A stretch of 64,000 nt of DNA from positions 15,032 through 79,031 of the forward strand of contig JBHPIO010000006.1 in NCBI GenBank assembly GCA_042568575.1, in the 5' to 3' direction. Below are positions 59,604-64,000 of the stretch, piece after piece. Each line of letters starts with the position of its first letter. Position 1 is the stretch's first letter. A program made the position numbers and the translations under genes. The notes under the pieces are model-generated. The model searched no databases. It worked only from the letters and a program-made list of their open reading frames with translations, and was not told the origin of the DNA. This stretch comes from Patescibacteria group bacterium (GTDB lineage Bacteria > Patescibacteriota > Gracilibacteria > UBA1369 > PNNO01).

Positions 59604-60113
59604 TTAAAGTTTAGTAATGCGAATAAATGAATCGGTAAAGCTTTCTTCCTTACCTTCCTCCTCATGAATCTGTGAACAAAGATATTCTCGAATCTCAGTC
59701 GGATCCTGGCCATTCAAATCAATAGATACATCTGGCAGAAGCCTAGAACTCGATCTTAAATTCAAAGTTGTAACATGATGTGATCTGTAAATAATCCAAA
59801 ATGACTTAATATTCTGATACGGATATTCTTTTTCGCCTATCTTCATCCCAACGTTGGAAATAATCACTTTTACATGATGTGGCACAAGAAAATGTTGCCA
59901 AACATATACAGCCGAAAGTACTGTAAGCGCCACAACAAGTGTCCAGTTAGAAACTAGAATTGAATAAACCATAAGGCCCAAACATGCAATTCCAGCAGCA
60001 ACAAACCATTTCCAGCCTTTTTCATGCTGAATGAATTCTGGCGCTTCCCAAGAAATAACTGCCTTTTCAAAAGGAGTCACATGTATTTCTTTTTGTTTTT
60101 CTATATTTTCCAT
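59604..60113 (-). CDS. DUF5673-like two-TM protein (PH-like C-terminal domain) typical of CPR
   Basis: ISWEAPEF..HEKGWKWF, two TM helices, IGEKEYPYQNIKSFWI. Confidence 0.75.
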   Translation of the reverse strand: MENIEKQKEIHVTPFEKAVISWEAPEFIQHEKGWKWFVAAGIACLGLMVYSILVSNWTLVVALTVLSAVYVWQHFLVPHHVKVIISNVGMKIGEKEYPYQNIKSFWIIYRSHHVTTLNLRSSSRLLPDVSIDLNGQDPTEIREYLCSQIHEEEGKEESFTDSFIRITKL

Positions 60114-60138
60114 AATTTTCTTTTTATTTTTATCTGAT

Positions 60139-60167
60139 TATTTTAGCATAAAAAAGCCACAAAAGCA
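60139..60167 (-). promoter_or_regulatory. Promoter of the 60113->54175 operon
   Basis: TTGCTT-17bp-TAAAAT with an extended TG. Contains the 21-mer shared with 22345-22365. Confidence 0.7.
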
Positions 60168-60207
60168 ATGGTGACTTTATGGAAAAGACCACGTCGAAAA
60201 AGCCTCT

Positions 60208-61065
60208 TCACACTCTTACCACACTCCTAAATCGCATCACCTTAAGATCGATTTTAAATTTTGGGTCGTTTTTGTCTGGCTTTTCACATATTTTCCAAAA
60301 TTCAGGCGGTTTATGTTCGTTTTCAATAAGTCCTTGATGGAAAAGACGTTCGTGACCTTTACACAAAGCAAAAATCGTATCAGGATCATGCTCTTTATAA
60401 AGCGCAAATCGGCACGTGTGATGCAAAATTTCGTATGGTTTGCAACATCCGGGATATTCGCAAGTTCCGCGAGATCTTTTAATAACGTATTTTTCAATTT
60501 TTGCTGGAATATGTCGCGATTCTGTTTCAACTTTTTCCGGCTTTTCCTGTTCGAGTTGCTTTTCGCGCATTTCAAAAAATTCTTCAATTAGATCATTCCA
60601 CTCTCCATCCCCCTTAAGCTTCTTTAATTTATTCGCTAATTCCGGCTTTAACTTCATCGAAATATCGATTTCTTCTTTGTTTGATTCCGGACTGGTCCGG
60701 AATTCTCTAACATAAGTTGATAGTGTATTCTTACTCATTTCTCGAGCTTTTTCCGCCCAAAATCCCTCGTTTTCTTTTGTTGCAATTGTTACGACTGGCC
60801 TAACTGAATTTATCCCTTTCTTTTCAACAACCTTTCGTAGCGCTGGTTTATCTTCTATCTTTCTCAAAATTCGAAGTGCATCTTCAACCTGTCCTCTACT
60901 CATCCCAGCCAACTTCGCCGCATACTCATAAATACTACCAAATCCCTTTTTCGCCCAAATCTGCTTCCTATCAATTTCCGGAAGCAACAAAACACACTTA
61001 CGCATCCACTCTTTTGCATTCTTCCCATATTCAACAAATTTTTCGTGTAATTTATCATTTTCCAT
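60208..61065 (-). CDS. HNH endonuclease domain protein (DUF222-like architecture)
   Basis: SRHIPAKIEKYVIKRSRGTCEYPGC...HHT...HDPDTIFALCKGHERLFH. N-terminal GFGSIYEYAAKLAGMS helical region. Likely start is ATG 61065. Confidence 0.8.
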   Translation of the reverse strand: MENDKLHEKFVEYGKNAKEWMRKCVLLLPEIDRKQIWAKKGFGSIYEYAAKLAGMSRGQVEDALRILRKIEDKPALRKVVEKKGINSVRPVVTIATKENEGFWAEKAREMSKNTLSTYVREFRTSPESNKEEIDISMKLKPELANKLKKLKGDGEWNDLIEEFFEMREKQLEQEKPEKVETESRHIPAKIEKYVIKRSRGTCEYPGCCKPYEILHHTCRFALYKEHDPDTIFALCKGHERLFHQGLIENEHKPPEFWKICEKPDKNDPKFKIDLKVMRFRSVVRV

Positions 61066-61181
61066 GTCTATATTTTCCCTCACAACAGACGCAATTTCAA
61101 GATTAGCTCGCGAAATCATGATGACAAAACCAGTGGTGAGGGTATACTCACCTTTCGGGCGCAAATCAAATCCAAAAAATC

Positions 61182-63542
61182 TTACATTTTCTCTCTCAAA
61201 CCTCCATACCAAGACTTCGCAGCATCAGCAACCGGAAGATTAACTAATTCAGCATCTCCATTTCGGACAATAATCGCACTATCTTCAACAATTTCACCAA
61301 TTTCAAATACGTTTTTCACACCATTTCGTTCACATGCCGCCAAGAACGCATCTTTCGAATCAGCCGCTATTTCTACAACAAATCCGCCTGTTTCGCTAAA
61401 CAGCTTCTGATAATTCTTCAAATCTTCACCAACTTCACTCACATCAACTTTCACGCCTAACTTCCCTTCTGCACGACCTCCAAGAGCCATTTCTGCCAAA
61501 CAAACCGCTAAACCTCCATCAGAAATGTCGTGGGCTGCTAATACAGAACCTTCTGAAATGGCGTCTGTTAAAGCATAAATCTGCATTCTAACTTCATCCA
61601 AATCTGGTTTTGGAACATTAGCTCCAAGTTCGCCCATCAAACGATAATATTCAGAGCCACCAAGTTCATTTTTTCGCGCACCAATAAGAAATAACGAAGA
61701 TCCAGCCTTCTTTGCCTGCATAGTCACAGCATTCTCATAATTATCGATTTTCCCTGAACATGCGATAATCGCTGAAGGCGGAATAGATCCATTTTTGCTT
61801 TGATTATATAAACTCACATTTCCTGAAATGATTGGAGTTGGAGAATCCTGATGATGTTTTAAACGCACGGTTTCACATGCATCTTTAATTCCTCGAACAC
61901 CCTCAACAAATTCCCACATTTGTTCCGGTTTTTCCGGATTTCCATAATTCAAACAATCTGTAATGGCAAGCGGATATGCGCCTACCGCAGCCACATTTCG
62001 CATTGACTCAACAACGGCATTCATCGCCTGATAATATGGATCAATTTTTCCGTATCTTGCATTTCCATCTGCTGTTAAAGCAACACCTACTTTTTTGAAT
62101 TCTTCCGGCACATCTTCACCTAACAAAGGTGCAAGAACTCCTGCGTCTGCTTCACCCGCCTCAATAATTGTATCTCCACGAACCTGCTTGTCATATCGTT
62201 CATAAATTGGCCTTCTAGAAGCGATATTTTCCGAAGACAACAAATTCACTAAATCGCTAGTGTAGTTATCTTTTTCTGCGACTTCTGGCTCATTTAAATT
62301 CTTTTCCTGAGGTTTTACTTCTCTATCGTATTGAATCCCCTCTGTGATATCAATCGAGCTCACATCGCACTCTTTTTCACCATTAAACCAAATTGTGTAA
62401 TTCCCTTCGCGAATCTTTCCTACTTTGGTTGCATAAGCATTTTCAGCAACCGAAGGAAGATCCCATTTTTTGTTATAGTGATCAAGGATAAGCTGTGTTA
62501 CTTTTGGATGACATGTCCATGCAAAACGTTCCTGAGTTTCAGCGCATCCAATAACAGAAGGATGAAGTCCTTTCATTCCAGTTTTAATTTTATCTAATTC
62601 AACATCAGCTCCGTAACCACGTTTTGAAATTTGCTCTACCGTAGAACAAACATTTCCTCCTGCACCGTGATCTTTAAATGAAACTTTATCCAGGTATCCT
62701 TTTTCTTTCAAGACCTTAAATAAATCGTATGTACTTACCAATAAATGACGTTTCAAAAATGGATTTGGTTCCTGAACCGCACCTTTATTCGCCTCTTTAT
62801 CTTTTTCATCAAGTTCAATTGACGCAAATGAAGCACCACCCATTCCACTATTATCAGTTGGTTTCCCTATAATAATTATGTCGTATCCTTCTTTTGCTGC
62901 TTCTTCCGGAACGTACGAATGAATAATTTCAGATTCTTTAACTAGCCCAAGAGCAACAACATTCACAAGGCAATTATCGTTATACTGCTCATCAAAATAG
63001 GCGTCTCCACCCAGGTTTGGAATACCGATTGGATTTCCATATCCTGCAATACCGGAAACAACACCGTCAGCAATATGCCTCGCGTGATTCTTTTTGATGT
63101 CACCAAATCGTAATGGATCGAGCGTTGCAATAACTTTTCCACCCATACACGCAACATCACGAACAATTCCTCCAACACCTGTTGCAGCACCTTCGTACGG
63201 CACAATTTGAGATGGATGATTGTGACTTTCATGAGCCATTATTAGCCCGTATCGTTCTCCGTTAACATTTGCGATTTCAACTACTCCCGCGTCTTCAACT
63301 GGCCCAAGAATTACATTTGGAGCATCTGTTGGAAGTGTTTTTAAATACTTTCTTGTACTTCGATAAGCGCAATGCTCACTACATTGAATTCCAAAAATAA
63401 CTGCTTCAGTTAAAGTTGGTGCGCGACCGAGAATCTTTTCAACTTGTTTTGCCTCTTCAATTGTAAGGCCAATTTTATTCTCTTTAAGCGCGTTCTCAAT
63501 TTCTTCATCTGTCATTTGAGAAAACGGAAGTGTTTGAGCCAT
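61182..63542 (-). CDS. purL: Phosphoribosylformylglycinamidine synthase subunit PurL (small form)
   Basis: SEHCAY, ESHNHPS, GAATGVGGIVRD, ETQER, TDCLNYGNPE, ISGNVSLYN, HDISDGGL. Confidence 0.97.
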   Translation of the reverse strand: MAQTLPFSQMTDEEIENALKENKIGLTIEEAKQVEKILGRAPTLTEAVIFGIQCSEHCAYRSTRKYLKTLPTDAPNVILGPVEDAGVVEIANVNGERYGLIMAHESHNHPSQIVPYEGAATGVGGIVRDVACMGGKVIATLDPLRFGDIKKNHARHIADGVVSGIAGYGNPIGIPNLGGDAYFDEQYNDNCLVNVVALGLVKESEIIHSYVPEEAAKEGYDIIIIGKPTDNSGMGGASFASIELDEKDKEANKGAVQEPNPFLKRHLLVSTYDLFKVLKEKGYLDKVSFKDHGAGGNVCSTVEQISKRGYGADVELDKIKTGMKGLHPSVIGCAETQERFAWTCHPKVTQLILDHYNKKWDLPSVAENAYATKVGKIREGNYTIWFNGEKECDVSSIDITEGIQYDREVKPQEKNLNEPEVAEKDNYTSDLVNLLSSENIASRRPIYERYDKQVRGDTIIEAGEADAGVLAPLLGEDVPEEFKKVGVALTADGNARYGKIDPYYQAMNAVVESMRNVAAVGAYPLAITDCLNYGNPEKPEQMWEFVEGVRGIKDACETVRLKHHQDSPTPIISGNVSLYNQSKNGSIPPSAIIACSGKIDNYENAVTMQAKKAGSSLFLIGARKNELGGSEYYRLMGELGANVPKPDLDEVRMQIYALTDAISEGSVLAAHDISDGGLAVCLAEMALGGRAEGKLGVKVDVSEVGEDLKNYQKLFSETGGFVVEIAADSKDAFLAACERNGVKNVFEIGEIVEDSAIIVRNGDAELVNLPVADAAKSWYGGLREKM

Positions 63543-63548
63543 AAATTA

Positions 63549-63764
63549 CTATTTAACGTACGGTACAAGTGCCATAAAACGCGATCTCTTTATTGCTCGA
63601 GCTAGCATCTTCTGGTGTCTTAAACATACACCAGAATAGTATTTAGGAACAATTTTCGAGTATTTTGTTGTGTACGGATGTAGTGCTTTTAGGTTCTTAT
63701 AATCTATGTATGCAACTCCTTCTTCGCAGAATTCACAAGATTTATTATATTTATTCTTAGCCAT
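63549..63764 (-). CDS. rpsR: 30S ribosomal protein S18
   Basis: C.FC..IDYKN..KIVP...GVC.RHQ..LARAIKRSR..ALVPY (zinc-binding type). Confidence 0.96.
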   Translation of the reverse strand: MAKNKYNKSCEFCEEGVAYIDYKNLKALHPYTTKYSKIVPKYYSGVCLRHQKMLARAIKRSRFMALVPYVK

Positions 63765-63791
63765 ATTATTAATTAGTTTAGAAAAGTAAAA

Positions 63792-64000
63792 TTAAAGCTT
63801 GATGTTCATATCAGGATCATCAAGAATGCTCTCAAGTTGAGAATCGATGTCAGCCATAGTTTTCTTAGACTCTTTCTTTGGCTTTTCTTCTTTCTCCGGT
63901 TTTTCTTCAGCTACTTCAGGAGTTGGCTCTTCAACAGGAGCCTCTTTAGCTGGAGTAGGTTCTTCAGCAGGAGCTGGTTCCGGCTTTTTCTCTTCTTTTT
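63792..64000 (-). CDS. C-terminal tail of a protein entering from the window edge, probably ribosomal protein S6
   Basis: ...EEKKPEPAPAEEPTPAKEAPVEEPTPEVAEEKPEKEEKPKKESKKTMADIDSQLESILDDPDMNIKL*. It sits upstream of rpsR and has an acidic tail with a terminal helix as in CPR S6. The S6 core is not visible. Confidence 0.6.
   Translation of the reverse strand, partial: KEEKKPEPAPAEEPTPAKEAPVEEPTPEVAEEKPEKEEKPKKESKKTMADIDSQLESILDDPDMNIKL

Noticed and set aside
60208-61065. IscB/Cas9-like RNA-guided nuclease
   Set aside because: No PLMP or RuvC motifs were seen. The protein is short, with only a C-terminal HNH, and the leader is much shorter than an omega RNA.
1-64000. Alternative genetic code 25 (TGA=Gly) as in Gracilibacteria/Absconditabacteria
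   Set aside because: Long conserved genes are intact in code 11, and TGA ends genes at sensible positions (e.g. 1221, 2302).
1-64000. CRISPR array, tRNA or rRNA genes
   Set aside because: No regularly spaced repeat-spacer units, cloverleaf/T-loop motifs or rRNA-like stretches were seen. Intergenic gaps are short and mostly explained by promoters and terminators.

Overview
AT-rich bacterial chromosomal window read in standard code 11 (TGA is used as a stop). Gene content and style point to Patescibacteria (CPR), most likely Peregrinibacteria-like; this is an inference from SLH proteins, a Cys-rich CPR-type family, a DUF5673-like gene, purL, few Shine-Dalgarno sites and long acidic tails on ribosomal proteins. 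Housekeeping genes (tsaD, hisS, lgt, yebC-like, DHH/NrnA-like, recJ, miaA, rplJ-rplL with an L10 leader, uvrA, prsW-like, recF, thrS, purL, rpsR, probable rpsF) flank two uncharacterised envelope clusters. Cluster A (17.0-41.8 kb, +) has type IV pilus genes (PilN/PilO-like, pilB, pilC, pilin), a 5196-aa secreted modular giant protein and four secreted helical proteins with Cys near their C-termini. Cluster B (50.2-60.1 kb, -) has a DUF5673-like gene, two basic membrane-associated proteins, a VirB6/TrbL-like protein and a 1287-aa protein. The giant gene and cluster B are preceded by an identical 21-bp promoter-like sequence, hinting at one co-regulated host-contact or secretion system. Other observations: 10-bp-phased repeats upstream of a BldC/Xis-like HTH gene, paired palindromes before the pil promoter, a frameshifted AlaX editing gene, an HNH gene with a structured leader, and three small ORFs below the ORF-track cutoff. 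No rRNA, tRNA or CRISPR array was recognised. All domain calls are motif recognition by eye, not database results.
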